Positions 1 to 9,536 of a stretch of 64,000 nt of DNA are shown here, piece by piece. Origin of the DNA: an uncultured Clostridia bacterium (GTDB lineage: Bacteria > Acidobacteriota > Aminicenantia > UBA2199); the NCBI GenBank assembly GCA_964502145.1, contig CAZCVI010000002.1, positions 117,383 to 181,382 of the forward strand, read 5' to 3'. A model generated the notes under the pieces. That model was not told the origin of the DNA and did not search any database. It worked only from the letters and a program-made list of their open reading frames with translations. The translations under genes were made by a program, and so were the position numbers. Within the stretch, counting starts at the first letter, position 1. The number at the start of each line of letters is the position of its first letter.

Positions 1-1
1 C

Positions 2-277
2 TTAAAACAACTGGAGAAGGCAGCAGCCGATAAAGACTTACTGCGCCAATTAGAGTTAGAGGAAATGGCCTATCGAGAATATGACAGTACAATCGGCATG
101 TTGGAGAGAAAGTTAGGCGAAAAAGAGCAAGCCTTAAACGAAAAAAATCAAGCCTTAAACGAAAAAGAGCAGGCTTTGAACGAAAAAGATCAGGAGCTCA
201 ACGAAAATAAACGTATGATTGAAGAGAAAAATCAATACATTGCAGAACTCTTAAAAAAGCTGGAAAAAGAAAAATAG
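2..277 (+). CDS. 3' fragment of an Rpn/YhgA-like (TIGR01784-type) putative transposase/nuclease paralog; the 5' end lies outside the window; the C-terminal coiled-coil tail carries extra 21-nt (heptad) repeats
   Basis: The frame is open from position 2. Nucleotides 1-140 are nearly identical to 1113-1250, the 3' end of the 388..1326 CDS. The translated tail is LKQLEKAAADKDLLRQLELEEMAYREYDSTIGMLERKLGEKEQ followed by repeated ALNEKxQ units. Confidence 0.5.
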   Translation, partial: LKQLEKAAADKDLLRQLELEEMAYREYDSTIGMLERKLGEKEQALNEKNQALNEKEQALNEKDQELNENKRMIEEKNQYIAELLKKLEKEK

Positions 278-387
278 TAAAAAGAGAAAGGCAGGAATGT
301 CTAATACTGGAAAAGATGCGTTTTGTTTATGCGCTTACGCCAGCTTGAAATTCAGGAATACCTGTCGCCAGGGGCACATTTTTTTCC

Positions 388-1326
388 ATGGATCATGGAA
401 AAAAGTGGATTGGTGTTGACAAGCAGCATCAATTGGATTATTATTTAGATAGGAATCAGGAGGTTCTTTACATGTTGATCGCTAACCCCATTTATGACAC
501 TGTTTTTAAATATCTGATGGACAATGCTGAAATTGCCAGAGGAATAATCGCCACCATCATCGGGGAGAACATCGTTCATTTGGATTTACAGGCCCAGGAA
601 AGCCATGTCCAAGTAGAGGGCAGGTTAACCTTTTATCATCTTGATTTTATCGCCAAGATCAAGCAAAAAAACGGGGAATATAAAACCGTGTTGATTGAAC
701 TCCAAAAATCCAGTAACCCCACTGATATTATCCGGTTCCGACGCTACCTGGGCGAGCAATATAGAAAAGAAGAGGATATCTTGGCTGAATCTGGGACCAT
801 TACGAAAGAACCTTTACCCATAATCACCATTTACATTTTAGGTTATTTCTTATCCAAGACTTTGCCCGGGGTAATCAAGGTAAACCGGGTATATAAAGAT
901 TTATTAGGTGGCCAGGAAATTTTTGAGCGGAATGAGTTTATCGAGTGTTTAACCCATGATTCTTATGTCATCCAGATTCCCAGGTTACACTTAGAGATGA
1001 AAAACCGGTTGGAATATATCCTGTCGATATTCAAACAGGAGAGATTTATAGCGGATGATCACCGTTTGAAAGATTATATCTATGAAATCGACGATGAATT
1101 GATGAAAATGATCTTAAAACAACTGGAGAAGGCAGCAGCCGATAAAGACTTACTGCGCCAATTAGAGCTAGAGGAAATGGCCTATCGAGAATATGACAGT
1201 ACAATCGGCATGTTGGAAAGAAAGTTAGGCGAAAAAGAGCAAGAGCTCAACGAAAATAAACGCACGATTGAAGAGAAAAATCAATACATTGCAGAACTCT
1301 TAAAAAAGCTGGAAAAAGAAAAATAA
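388..1326 (+). CDS. Rpn/YhgA-like PD-(D/E)XK family recombination-promoting nuclease / putative transposase (TIGR01784-like) with a C-terminal coiled coil
   Basis: 312-aa ORF. The N-terminal block IYDTVFKYLMDNAEIARGIIATIIGENIVHLDL matches the DxVFKxLF...E signature of the family, and the C-terminus is a Lys/Glu-rich coiled coil. Confidence 0.65.
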   Translation: MDHGKKWIGVDKQHQLDYYLDRNQEVLYMLIANPIYDTVFKYLMDNAEIARGIIATIIGENIVHLDLQAQESHVQVEGRLTFYHLDFIAKIKQKNGEYKTVLIELQKSSNPTDIIRFRRYLGEQYRKEEDILAESGTITKEPLPIITIYILGYFLSKTLPGVIKVNRVYKDLLGGQEIFERNEFIECLTHDSYVIQIPRLHLEMKNRLEYILSIFKQERFIADDHRLKDYIYEIDDELMKMILKQLEKAAADKDLLRQLELEEMAYREYDSTIGMLERKLGEKEQELNENKRTIEEKNQYIAELLKKLEKEK

Positions 1327-1384
1327 TAGAAAAGTTGGAAGAAATTCCTTACAACATTCTAATTATACCACTATTGAAAAAGTT

Positions 1385-1431
1385 CCGCAAAACTTCTGAT
1401 CTTGATGTCTCCTATCTCAGAAGTTTTGCGG
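1385..1431. terminator. Perfect 15-bp inverted repeat (ccgcaaaacttctga / tcagaagttttgcgg) with a 17-nt loop between convergent genes; candidate bidirectional terminator
   Basis: Read directly from the sequence. It lies between the stop of the 388..1326 (+) gene and the stop of the 1453..5424 (-) gene. There is no strong T-tract. Confidence 0.4.
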
Positions 1432-1452
1432 ATAATTCAGGCACCAGGATTG

Positions 1453-4400
1453 TTACTTAAAAACATCCTGGCTATCAGAGGCTGTGATATGGATTTCTAC
1501 TATATTCTTATAAGATCCACCCGCCCTATCTTTCACCACGAACACCAAGCGATACCTCCCCAGGAACCCAGGCCCTGGCGACCAATAAAAAGTCCGCTTA
1601 TCATTCACCACCGTGGAACCAACAGGCAATGGCTTTAACCCAGTAGGGGAGAGCCGATACCCCTGGATTTCCACACTGTTTTCTGGAAAGAAAATTTCCA
1701 CATGCTCCAGTTCCTTAAGCGTGATCTTACGCACTCCCTTTTCATCTGCAACAAGGGTTAGTGGTTCTCCATGGGTATTAAAACCAGTCCTGTATGTTAA
1801 CGATTCCAATACATCATTGGTTAGAACGCTGGAAGCATCCATGGCTTGGCTTGCTACCCTGGAACTGCCACTATTAAAGATAGTCATGTAACGACTACCA
1901 ATACCGTCTGTATTCCCTGCATTGTCCGTCACGGTCCACTGGATGGAATGCACCCCATTGGTATAACCGGTAGTGTTCAAATAAAAATACCCGACGGCAC
2001 CACCACTGTTGTTGTAACCAGGAAATAGAGTGCTAATGTCCTCACGGTAAAGATTGTAGGTGGGAGAACCAAGATTCACACCATCCACCCATACATTGAT
2101 AGTAGAACCATTGCTAGGGATGGTGTTGGGCAAGGGTGTTAATGCCCAACCCCAATTCAAAAAAGCACGACCAGAAGCTAAACCTCCCTGAGTCGGTGTA
2201 TCAATGGCACCAAACGGTTTGACGGCGTGGGCATTGTCCACGGTAATGGTTTTGGTGCCCAAGATGACCTCGTTACCTTCCTCATCCACAGCCACAGCAT
2301 AAAGGGTAAACGACCCATTGCCACCATTGGGGAGAAAGTTGGTCAGTAACATGTAACCCCAACCCGCCAAATAATTCTTGGGGTAATCAGGGTAAGTTAA
2401 TTCCACATCGGGCCTCATTCCTTCCACAAAGATGGCTTGACCAATATAAACCGGAGTGTTTTCCTCGCCACTAACCGGGGCGCGTTTGATATAAACCGCA
2501 TCCACCCCCACATCATCCAAAACCCAACCGGTTACGGCGATACTGCTCCTCACTGTAGCTCCTTCGGTGGGTGTTTCAAAAATACCGAAAGGGGAAGAAC
2601 TCCCTGACAAATTATTCACAGTCACGGCTATAGTCTGGGGCGAGTTGGCGGCATGATCATCGGATACTGTAATGGTACCACTGTAAGTACCAATACTCAA
2701 TCCGGTAGGATTCACACTCACGGTGATGCTTCCATTACCCGTGCCTGAAATGGGGGTTACGCTTAACCAACTGCGATCTGACGATGCGCTCCAAGATAAT
2801 GTACCAGTACCACTGCTGCCAATAAAAACCTGCTGCGCGGGAGTTACAGTACTCCCATTCACGGCACTAAAAAGAAGGGCGGCACGATTTAATTGGATCG
2901 TAATCCCAGAAATAACATTGGTAATAGTAAACACGGCATCACTACTATCGGTTATACCGGTATCAGTAGTGCTGCTGATTCGGATCAGACAAAACGTGGA
3001 CGGGGTGGCAGAGGGAACGAGCCAATTAAAATTGCCAGTATTGGTGGTCGAACTGGCCACAGTGCTCCAACTACTGCCATTATTTGACGAAAACTCGATT
3101 TTTACATTGGCTATCGTGCCACTGGAAGTCCAGGTAATAGCATGGGTAGAACCCAGCAACCAGATTTGCCCGCCATTGGGAGAGGTCAGGGTTAAACTGG
3201 AGACCGCACCACCATTTTCAGCAGCAAAATAATACTGCCCAAACCGATTGGACCAACCATGAACTTTTACCTCGGTATCGGGGTACACATTTGAATTGTA
3301 AGACGTGGGCGAGCGCAGTGAAGAATCCTCTATATAGAGATTCCCCGGCGATATCAAGAAATACCGAATATAATCCTGGAACGCAGGACGCATATAATTT
3401 CTGTAGGAGACTTCCCCGGTTTCCGTATAACAAAAGCCAGCGGCGTTCAGGGTCATAAACACGTAGGTCGGTTCACCATTGGTTTGCACCAAGAGAGAAC
3501 GGTCAACCATATAAGGCAGTTGCCGTGCCCGGTATTGACCGAGCTCATTGGTATCACCACCAAAAGTGATACTCATCAACCAGGTGGTCATACGCCGGAT
3601 TAACCCCAATAGGGAAGTGGCATAGGTATTATCACGACCCTTGAATACTTCAGCGTAAGCTTTAATTGCAGGTTCTAAGAAATAACAATTCATCAGGGGC
3701 TGCGATAAGTTAGGGTCATCATTGGCATACACATACCCATGACCGCCAGCAGCAGTCTCCCTGTCAAACACGCCTTTTAACACATCTTTGAGAGCTTGCT
3801 GGATGGTTTTAGTGCCATAATCACTAGTATGGAACGTAGCATTGGGATTCATACGCCATTGGGTCACCAGATTATCCACGATCCAGCCCGCAATACGGAT
3901 TTCATCGGTATCAATATAGCCATTGATGTTAAAGGATTCATACACATATTGCCGCATCCCCTCCACCAATTCATCGTAAATATCCTTGCCCCGGGGTTCA
4001 CCAGTGAGCAACCAATAGAGGGCATAACCCTGGACCCAGGTATGACTGGGACGGCCAGGACCAAAACAGTTGTCAGGGGAATCATTGGATGGACGGGTCT
4101 CCCAGTTCTTCTGATAATTATAGGCGGTGCCATTGGCGTTGGTATGGTAGATATCAAAATCTATTTCATGTTTGACAAACACACGGGCAGCGTCCAAGAA
4201 GGCCATATGGCCAGTGCGCATGAAATGCAAGAACATGCCGTACCCCCAGTCATAACTGTTCCCAGAATACACACCACAACCACCCCCCCATTGCAGGTCG
4301 CCATAATTGTTCCAACTGTTGATATCCTGGTACAGAGAACCCCAAACAGTGATACCCGTAGTGCCCGATGGGCTGACAACATCGGCCTGGATCACTTTGG

Positions 4401-5424
4401 ACCGTTGTAATTTTTCATAGAGGTCAAAATCGGCTTGCAGGGAAGTTTCAAAACCAGTCTTCGGCAGAGTGACCTGCCCCCAGGCACGGGTAGCGGCATA
4501 ATAGGCGGGTGTGGCCACAGCCAATGGCCGGGGCGTGGTATAACCGTCGGCTAACACACCGGTTGCAGTGTAACGACTCTCCCGTTTGACGGGACTACCA
4601 CTTTGGGGCACATCCAGTTCAAAGGTTTTTTCCACACCCTGACCAAACACATAACTTCCACCCTGGTTTAATAAGGGAACCCCAAACGTGGCACCACTCA
4701 AGGTCACGGCTGGACCCTGGGGATTATAGTTCCAGCCAAAGGAATTGTTGTTGCGAAGGGTGAACTGGGCACGGATGGAGGAGTGGTTTTTAAAAAAGAA
4801 GAACCGGGCGCGAAAACCCACCAGGGCGTTACTCAACCGCGTGCTGCCATTGTAAAAATTCCCTTCCACCCTGACAATGGTTTTTAGCGGGCCGGACTCT
4901 TCCACGGTCCATAACCCGCTACCGGGAACAGCCAGATAGGTAGTACCACCAGCAGTGACAGAGAAATTTTTTCCCGCTACTACCAGTTCGCTTTTATTAA
5001 AGGTAAAGCTGGTGGTCCCAGTATTCACGGTCAGGTTGGAACTTTGGTTGTTAACAATAATCCCGGTCACTGTAGCGGGTGTAGCCCCAGTGCGCAGGGT
5101 AAGGGAAACCGTATCGGTAGCCGGCAGGTCGAGTTGAAAATCCAACAGCAACCAACGAATACTACCATCGGGCCAAACAGCCAATGTACGAAATTGGCAG
5201 GGAATCTCGGTGCTGCCTTGCATAAGTTTGACTGTCGTGGTGCCTGTTTGAAGCCCCTCGGCAAAGGGAATACCGGAAGTGATAGGTTCTGCCGTTTTAG
5301 CCACCGCTTCCCGGTTGGTAACGGTCAAAGCCACATCCAAGGCTGCCAAAAAAAACGTGCAAGAACAAAATATCAGACAAAATACAAAAACCGCCATTAT
5401 CCTCTGTTTGTTCACATTTCTCAT
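1453..5424 (-). CDS. Large secreted multidomain protein: signal peptide, central lyase/hydrolase-like region, C-terminal BACON-like and Ser/Thr-rich Ig-like repeats
   Basis: Long ORF. The preferred start is MRNVNKQRIMAVFVFCLIFCSC (hydrophobic signal) at 5424, with GGAGGG seven nt upstream. BACON-like blocks are present (LSWSASSDRSWLSVTPISGTGNGSITV...TIAVTV). The functional assignment of the central domain is weak. Confidence 0.55.
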   Translation of the reverse strand: MRNVNKQRIMAVFVFCLIFCSCTFFLAALDVALTVTNREAVAKTAEPITSGIPFAEGLQTGTTTVKLMQGSTEIPCQFRTLAVWPDGSIRWLLLDFQLDLPATDTVSLTLRTGATPATVTGIIVNNQSSNLTVNTGTTSFTFNKSELVVAGKNFSVTAGGTTYLAVPGSGLWTVEESGPLKTIVRVEGNFYNGSTRLSNALVGFRARFFFFKNHSSIRAQFTLRNNNSFGWNYNPQGPAVTLSGATFGVPLLNQGGSYVFGQGVEKTFELDVPQSGSPVKRESRYTATGVLADGYTTPRPLAVATPAYYAATRAWGQVTLPKTGFETSLQADFDLYEKLQRSKVIQADVVSPSGTTGITVWGSLYQDINSWNNYGDLQWGGGCGVYSGNSYDWGYGMFLHFMRTGHMAFLDAARVFVKHEIDFDIYHTNANGTAYNYQKNWETRPSNDSPDNCFGPGRPSHTWVQGYALYWLLTGEPRGKDIYDELVEGMRQYVYESFNINGYIDTDEIRIAGWIVDNLVTQWRMNPNATFHTSDYGTKTIQQALKDVLKGVFDRETAAGGHGYVYANDDPNLSQPLMNCYFLEPAIKAYAEVFKGRDNTYATSLLGLIRRMTTWLMSITFGGDTNELGQYRARQLPYMVDRSLLVQTNGEPTYVFMTLNAAGFCYTETGEVSYRNYMRPAFQDYIRYFLISPGNLYIEDSSLRSPTSYNSNVYPDTEVKVHGWSNRFGQYYFAAENGGAVSSLTLTSPNGGQIWLLGSTHAITWTSSGTIANVKIEFSSNNGSSWSTVASSTTNTGNFNWLVPSATPSTFCLIRISSTTDTGITDSSDAVFTITNVISGITIQLNRAALLFSAVNGSTVTPAQQVFIGSSGTGTLSWSASSDRSWLSVTPISGTGNGSITVSVNPTGLSIGTYSGTITVSDDHAANSPQTIAVTVNNLSGSSSPFGIFETPTEGATVRSSIAVTGWVLDDVGVDAVYIKRAPVSGEENTPVYIGQAIFVEGMRPDVELTYPDYPKNYLAGWGYMLLTNFLPNGGNGSFTLYAVAVDEEGNEVILGTKTITVDNAHAVKPFGAIDTPTQGGLASGRAFLNWGWALTPLPNTIPSNGSTINVWVDGVNLGSPTYNLYREDISTLFPGYNNSGGAVGYFYLNTTGYTNGVHSIQWTVTDNAGNTDGIGSRYMTIFNSGSSRVASQAMDASSVLTNDVLESLTYRTGFNTHGEPLTLVADEKGVRKITLKELEHVEIFFPENSVEIQGYRLSPTGLKPLPVGSTVVNDKRTFYWSPGPGFLGRYRLVFVVKDRAGGSYKNIVEIHITASDSQDVFK

Positions 5425-5831
5425 TTTAACGCCCTCCGTAACGGCGTGTTTAATTCTTACTGGCACGATGCTATTCAAATAACCATTCAAATAATATGAC
5501 CTATAAGAAATTTTAAACATCAAACAAGCGAAAGTCAACCATTAATAAAAAAAAAGTAGGAAGGAAAAATAGAGAACTGTAACGAGAACAGTTGATAATG
5601 TTTTGCCTCTCATAAAATTGGAGTTTTCAAAAGTTTCCTTAGCATTATAATATAACTTGGAAGAAACCGCTGAGCGAAAAATACCATATTCATCCCACGC
5701 AATTGGTGAGGAGGAAAAAGCAGTTATTCGAAGGTGCGTCCGAAATATTCAATCGTAGTAACACCGGGCGAATCTACTGTGAACACAAGGAGGCTGTCCC
5801 CTCCCATCCTCCTGTAACCGTAAACAGTGAT

Positions 5832-7337
5832 TTAATACCGCACCCCTTTTTGGTATAACATCGCTTCGTAAGCAGCCATCACTTCGGCCCACTGGTCAAT
5901 AGGTATTTGGTGGGTAAATGGATTTCTTATCTCGAATACACCGGCTTCTCCCTCTTCTTTGTTAACATGAAGCAAGCTGGAGTCTGTATTTTTTAAAATA
6001 GCTTCTGCTTGCGTCTCTTGAGTCTTACGATTTTTAATCAATATCTTCTCTCCCCTTAAAACCGCGAGTGTATCATTTAAGGCACTTATTTTCAGAAAAT
6101 TGGCATGGAAAATATTCGGACCTTGGGTTATCTTATCTTGAAGTTTTGCAATTCTAAAATCTAAATCGAGATTCTTAAGTTGTTCCATCCAACCCTCTGG
6201 TTTCCCATTTATAAGATGATCCATTTTTTCTAATAGACTATATGTTTCTAAGTCCTCTTTATCGCTGGGAATATTCCCTTCTGCCAATTTTGGATAGTCA
6301 GTGGCATCAAATGCTTCTTTTAAAGTTGCTGGGAACAGACCTGCCGTTTTAGGATCAACTGTTGAGTCTTTTAAAGCACTTGTCCACAATTCTTGAATAT
6401 TGGCACGTGGTAATGCGTCGAGTATGTTTTTATCTATTATATCTTTTGTGGGGCTAAAAAAATCTTCCTGAGATCTCAAATACTTAAAGTATGAAACTCT
6501 TGGCACATTCACCAACGCCCTTATGGTTGATTTTAAGATGGATGGAAGTTCGGCTCCTAACTTTTTACTCAATATTTCCACTATATTATTATATAATTGG
6601 ATAGAGAATTGTTTGGCGTTGTCCAGGCAGGTATTGACGGTTTTTTCCTGTACTATTAGAACATGGTCTTCAAATGTAAAGCTATTGATTAAATCGAAAA
6701 TATCGAGGAAGGTTGAAGATGTCGCCTTGGTGGGGGAGACGTTTATTTGAAATGCACCTTGAGAACCTTCTTGGACTTGAAGGATTGGCCCTTGTCTATT
6801 ATTTACTTCAGCCCATTTTGCTTCTAACGCCATTAAGGGCATATCTTTTAAAAGCGATTTCCCTCTGATTTTGGCGATTTTTACAAAATCGGCCAGATAG
6901 GCGACCTGAAATGTGAGGCTCAGGGGATTCTCGGGCGGATATTGATCATGGAGCCCTGTGGCCAGTTCAAAAGTAGCATATTTTTTATTTGGAGCTTCGA
7001 GATGAATTTCTGTCTCTATTCCAGGTACGATAGCCCCTACTTTTTCGCCCTGGGATACACTAGTGCCAACATCATAATCCAATGTAGCCCCAACTACTTC
7101 TATTTCCGCCCCAATTTTTCTTTGTATTGAATTCGTTTGCTTGTTGGATAGATTCCCTTCTGTTGCTTCGGTTTCGCCGTCCAAATTTCCGGATGGCGTC
7201 ATAACCGTTTCTTCACCAAAAATAGGGGGATGGTGATTTGTTTTTTTATTATTTGCACTCTTTATCTGCTGGGCAACGGCTTCAGCAGCCGCCATACTTT
7301 TATTCTCATTCTTTGTCTTCATTGCTGCGGCATACAT
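5832..7337 (-). CDS. Hypothetical protein (501 aa)
   Basis: Long ORF with GAGGA eight nt upstream of the ATG. No recognisable motif. Confidence 0.45.
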   Translation of the reverse strand: MYAAAMKTKNENKSMAAAEAVAQQIKSANNKKTNHHPPIFGEETVMTPSGNLDGETEATEGNLSNKQTNSIQRKIGAEIEVVGATLDYDVGTSVSQGEKVGAIVPGIETEIHLEAPNKKYATFELATGLHDQYPPENPLSLTFQVAYLADFVKIAKIRGKSLLKDMPLMALEAKWAEVNNRQGPILQVQEGSQGAFQINVSPTKATSSTFLDIFDLINSFTFEDHVLIVQEKTVNTCLDNAKQFSIQLYNNIVEILSKKLGAELPSILKSTIRALVNVPRVSYFKYLRSQEDFFSPTKDIIDKNILDALPRANIQELWTSALKDSTVDPKTAGLFPATLKEAFDATDYPKLAEGNIPSDKEDLETYSLLEKMDHLINGKPEGWMEQLKNLDLDFRIAKLQDKITQGPNIFHANFLKISALNDTLAVLRGEKILIKNRKTQETQAEAILKNTDSSLLHVNKEEGEAGVFEIRNPFTHQIPIDQWAEVMAAYEAMLYQKGVRY

Positions 7338-7616
7338 ATTTCTTTCCTCATTATTTCATCCATATTAATTCTAACACAAGAAATATAAAGAAACAAGGAG
7401 AATTACAGCCCTGGATTCCCCGCCAAATTTCTGGAAAGCTTCGACTTACAGAACCTTCTGGACCAACTGGACTTCCCAAAACCTTATAATTTTGTATAGC
7501 TTGTCCAGTATAAAGTATCGAATAGGCTGTTCGAGGCGCATTGTCCCTGGTTTCTTTTTCATATCCCTTTGTAGACTCCTGGTCATCCCACCATCCGACG
7601 AATCACGGTTCAGAAA

Positions 7617-7667
7617 CTGTCTCCCCCATTTTTCCAAGTAGAAAAACTGTGCCCAGTGCTTTACTTC
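7617..7667 (+). repeat. Copy 1 of a 51-bp direct repeat (ctgtctcccccatttttccaagtagaaaaactgtgSccagtgctttacttc) flanking the HigBA-like module
   Basis: 50 of 51 positions identical to 8408..8458, read directly from the sequence. Confidence 0.8.
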
Positions 7668-7711
7668 ATTTTTGATTTGACATTTTGTCGTTTATAAGCT
7701 ACCATTATACT

Positions 7712-8056
7712 ATGGCCAACACACAGAGGATTTTGAAAGTTTATATGGATTCCCGCGGTAAAGAGCCTTTTATTGAGTGGTTGGAATCGATAAAGGACCG
7801 TAAAAACAGAAGTAGGATTATTACTAGATTGGATCGTTTGGAAGTCGGTAATCCCGGTGATTCCCGCCATTTGGGTAATGGGTTGTTTGAACTACGCTTG
7901 GACTTTGGCCCCGGCTTTCGGATTTATTATGGTGAAGATGACGCGGTGATCCTAATTTTGCTGGTGGGTGGCGATAAAGGGACGCAATCCGCAGATATCA
8001 AAAAAGCCCAATCTTATTGGAAGAGGTATCAGGAGGAAAAAAATGAGAAATTTTAG
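7712..8056 (+). CDS. HigB/RelE-like toxin (addiction-module killer protein, TIGR02683-like)
   Basis: MANTQRILKVYMDSRGKEPFIEWLESIKD...FRIYYGEDDAVILILLVGGDKGTQSADIKKA is a typical killer-protein block. It overlaps the next gene by 14 nt. Confidence 0.7.
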   Translation: MANTQRILKVYMDSRGKEPFIEWLESIKDRKNRSRIITRLDRLEVGNPGDSRHLGNGLFELRLDFGPGFRIYYGEDDAVILILLVGGDKGTQSADIKKAQSYWKRYQEEKNEKF

Positions 8057-8369
8057 AGATTATCTAAAAGATAAATTGGTCGATCAAGCAGAAGCAGTTT
8101 CTTATCTAAATGTCGCCCTGGAAGAGTATGAAAAAGATCACGATGCCGATGCTTTTTTGCTGGCACTACGTACAGTTACCGAGGCAAATGGCGGTATCTC
8201 TGAATTGGCAAAAAAAACCAATCTAAACAGGCAACACCTGTATCGGTCATTATCAAACAAAGGAAATCCCAGACTGATTACACTGGAAACAGTTTTGCAT
8301 GGACTGGGACTCCGGTTGTCTATTGTCCCTCTTGGAAACAAAAGTCTGGAGACGGAGCACAGAGTATAA
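8043..8369 (+). CDS. HigA-like antitoxin (addiction-module antidote, XRE-type HTH; TIGR02684-like)
   Basis: MRNFRDYLKDKLVDQAEAVSYLNVALEE...ISELAKKTNLNRQHLYRSLSNKGNPRLITLETVLHGLGLRL. Start chosen at MRNF for coupling with the toxin. Confidence 0.7.
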   Translation: MRNFRDYLKDKLVDQAEAVSYLNVALEEYEKDHDADAFLLALRTVTEANGGISELAKKTNLNRQHLYRSLSNKGNPRLITLETVLHGLGLRLSIVPLGNKSLETEHRV

Positions 8370-8407
8370 ATTTCCTGGCTGTTTCTTCCATCAAGTAGGG
8401 GCTTGAG

Positions 8408-8458
8408 CTGTCTCCCCCATTTTTCCAAGTAGAAAAACTGTGGCCAGTGCTTTACTTC
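8408..8458 (+). repeat. Copy 2 of the 51-bp direct repeat flanking the HigBA-like module
   Basis: See 7617..7667. Confidence 0.8.
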
Positions 8459-8500
8459 TTTACTTTATATTTGTTCAATTGCAAGAAGTAAAGAAGTAAA
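8451..8500. repeat. Perfect 15-bp inverted repeat (tttacttctttactt / aagtaaagaagtaaa) with a 20-nt loop; its left arm overlaps the end of direct-repeat copy 2
   Basis: Read directly. Possible terminator or recombination-site hairpin downstream of the antitoxin. Confidence 0.5.
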
Positions 8501-8652
8501 ACACCGTCCCCTTTTTTGGCCAAGGAATCAATAAATGGCAAATTAAAAGTGCTTCAGCGGGAACCGTATCACCTTTTTTGATCACGTTTTGGCCTTACCA
8601 ATGACATAAATTTTCATACCACCTTTCCTTTATCAAAACAGTCACGTTCACA

Positions 8653-8997
8653 CTATAATGAGAGTACTTTCTTTATGCCCTGTTCGACTTTTTTAAGATA
8701 TTTGGTACCAATTTTCCCGACGAATTCTGTCAATACCTCTTTATCAATGGTAATCAATTGGGAAACGTTTATGACTGAATCCTTTGTTAACGCGGACTCT
8801 TCTTTCTTTAAAAAAACGTTCCCAGGAGCTTCGGCCAATCTAAGATTGCTGGTTATAACCACCACCACAACTGTATTGATTTTACTCCTGTTAAAGGTAT
8901 CGGCCTGCATGACCAGCACAGGTCGTCTGTACCCGGGACCTGAACCTGAGGGTAAATCCAAATCAGCCCACCAAATGGACCCCCGCTCAATTACCAT
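8653..8997 (-). CDS. mazF: MazF/PemK-family endoribonuclease toxin
   Basis: 114 aa with SIWWADLDLPSGSGPGYRRPVLVMQADTFN...TVVVVVITSNLRLAEAPGNVFL, a classic MazF/PemK pattern. Overlaps the upstream antitoxin gene by 7 nt. Confidence 0.75.
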   Translation of the reverse strand: MVIERGSIWWADLDLPSGSGPGYRRPVLVMQADTFNRSKINTVVVVVITSNLRLAEAPGNVFLKKEESALTKDSVINVSQLITIDKEVLTEFVGKIGTKYLKKVEQGIKKVLSL

Positions 8998-9233
8998 TCT
9001 TCTTTTTGCACTATTTTCAACTGTGCCTGATAAAGCCCTTTATCCATTACCGAGGGATTCGTTTGATCTTCATACAATGCATTTAACTGCTGTGTTACAT
9101 TTTCCTCTTTTTTATCCTTCAGATACTCTTCTATTGCCCTCGCATAAAATTCACTGCGAGTTACCTTTAATTGGTGGGCGATTTTCTCGGCCAATGCAAA
9201 TATATTATCCGGTATGTATACTGCTGTTTTCAT
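8991..9233 (-). CDS. Cognate antitoxin of the MazF-like toxin (MazE/RHH-like, 80 aa)
   Basis: Small ORF immediately upstream of, and overlapping, the MazF-like gene. The sequence itself is only weakly diagnostic. Confidence 0.55.
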   Translation of the reverse strand: MKTAVYIPDNIFALAEKIAHQLKVTRSEFYARAIEEYLKDKKEENVTQQLNALYEDQTNPSVMDKGLYQAQLKIVQKEEW

Positions 9234-9536
9234 GCTTAAAGTATAATCCCAATAGAGGCGAATGTCAAATAAAAAACTTCCCCACGTACCGATGGAAATT
9301 AAGAGGTTAGTTGCGCCAAACTAAGCCCAGGAATTTGGGACATGTCAGTGATTCTCATTATTCTCGTTATTCTTTTTCCTCCCATTCTTCGCATTTTGTC
9401 CTAGGGATTTCCAAACTTTTGGTGGTTGTTCCAGGTGAAACTACAAAACTTGCAGATAAAAGTTGCGTATATTATAGTGCTGATTCTAATGCCTAGTATA
9501 ATATATACTTTTAAAAACGAAATGGAGGTTATAAAT

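Noticed and set aside
65-277. Treating 65..277 as an independent 70-aa gene
   Set aside because: The frame is open back to position 2 and the sequence is the duplicated 3' end of an Rpn-like gene. It is the tail of a gene starting upstream of the window.
2723-4410. Plus-strand ORFs (2723..3232, 3796..4410) inside the 1453..5424 minus-strand gene
   Set aside because: They are antisense to a long ORF encoding recognisable BACON/Ig-like repeats and a signal peptide, and have no motifs of their own.
5700-5831. Possible small RNA or terminator in the 5.5-5.8-kb intergenic region (GGAGG...CCTCC partial palindrome)
   Set aside because: The stem is only ~6 bp with a long irregular loop and no U-tract. 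The covariation evidence that would be needed cannot be obtained from a single sequence.
8675-9310. 211-aa ORF on the plus strand overlapping the MazF/MazE-like genes
   Set aside because: It is antisense to two well-supported TA genes and has a low-complexity translation with no motif. Spurious.
9426-9536. Upstream ATG (9426) as the flotillin start
   Set aside because: It has no ribosome-binding site. The in-frame ATG at 9537 has GGAGG seven nt upstream and begins directly with the membrane anchor. The N-terminal extension would add a second, implausible hydrophobic stretch.
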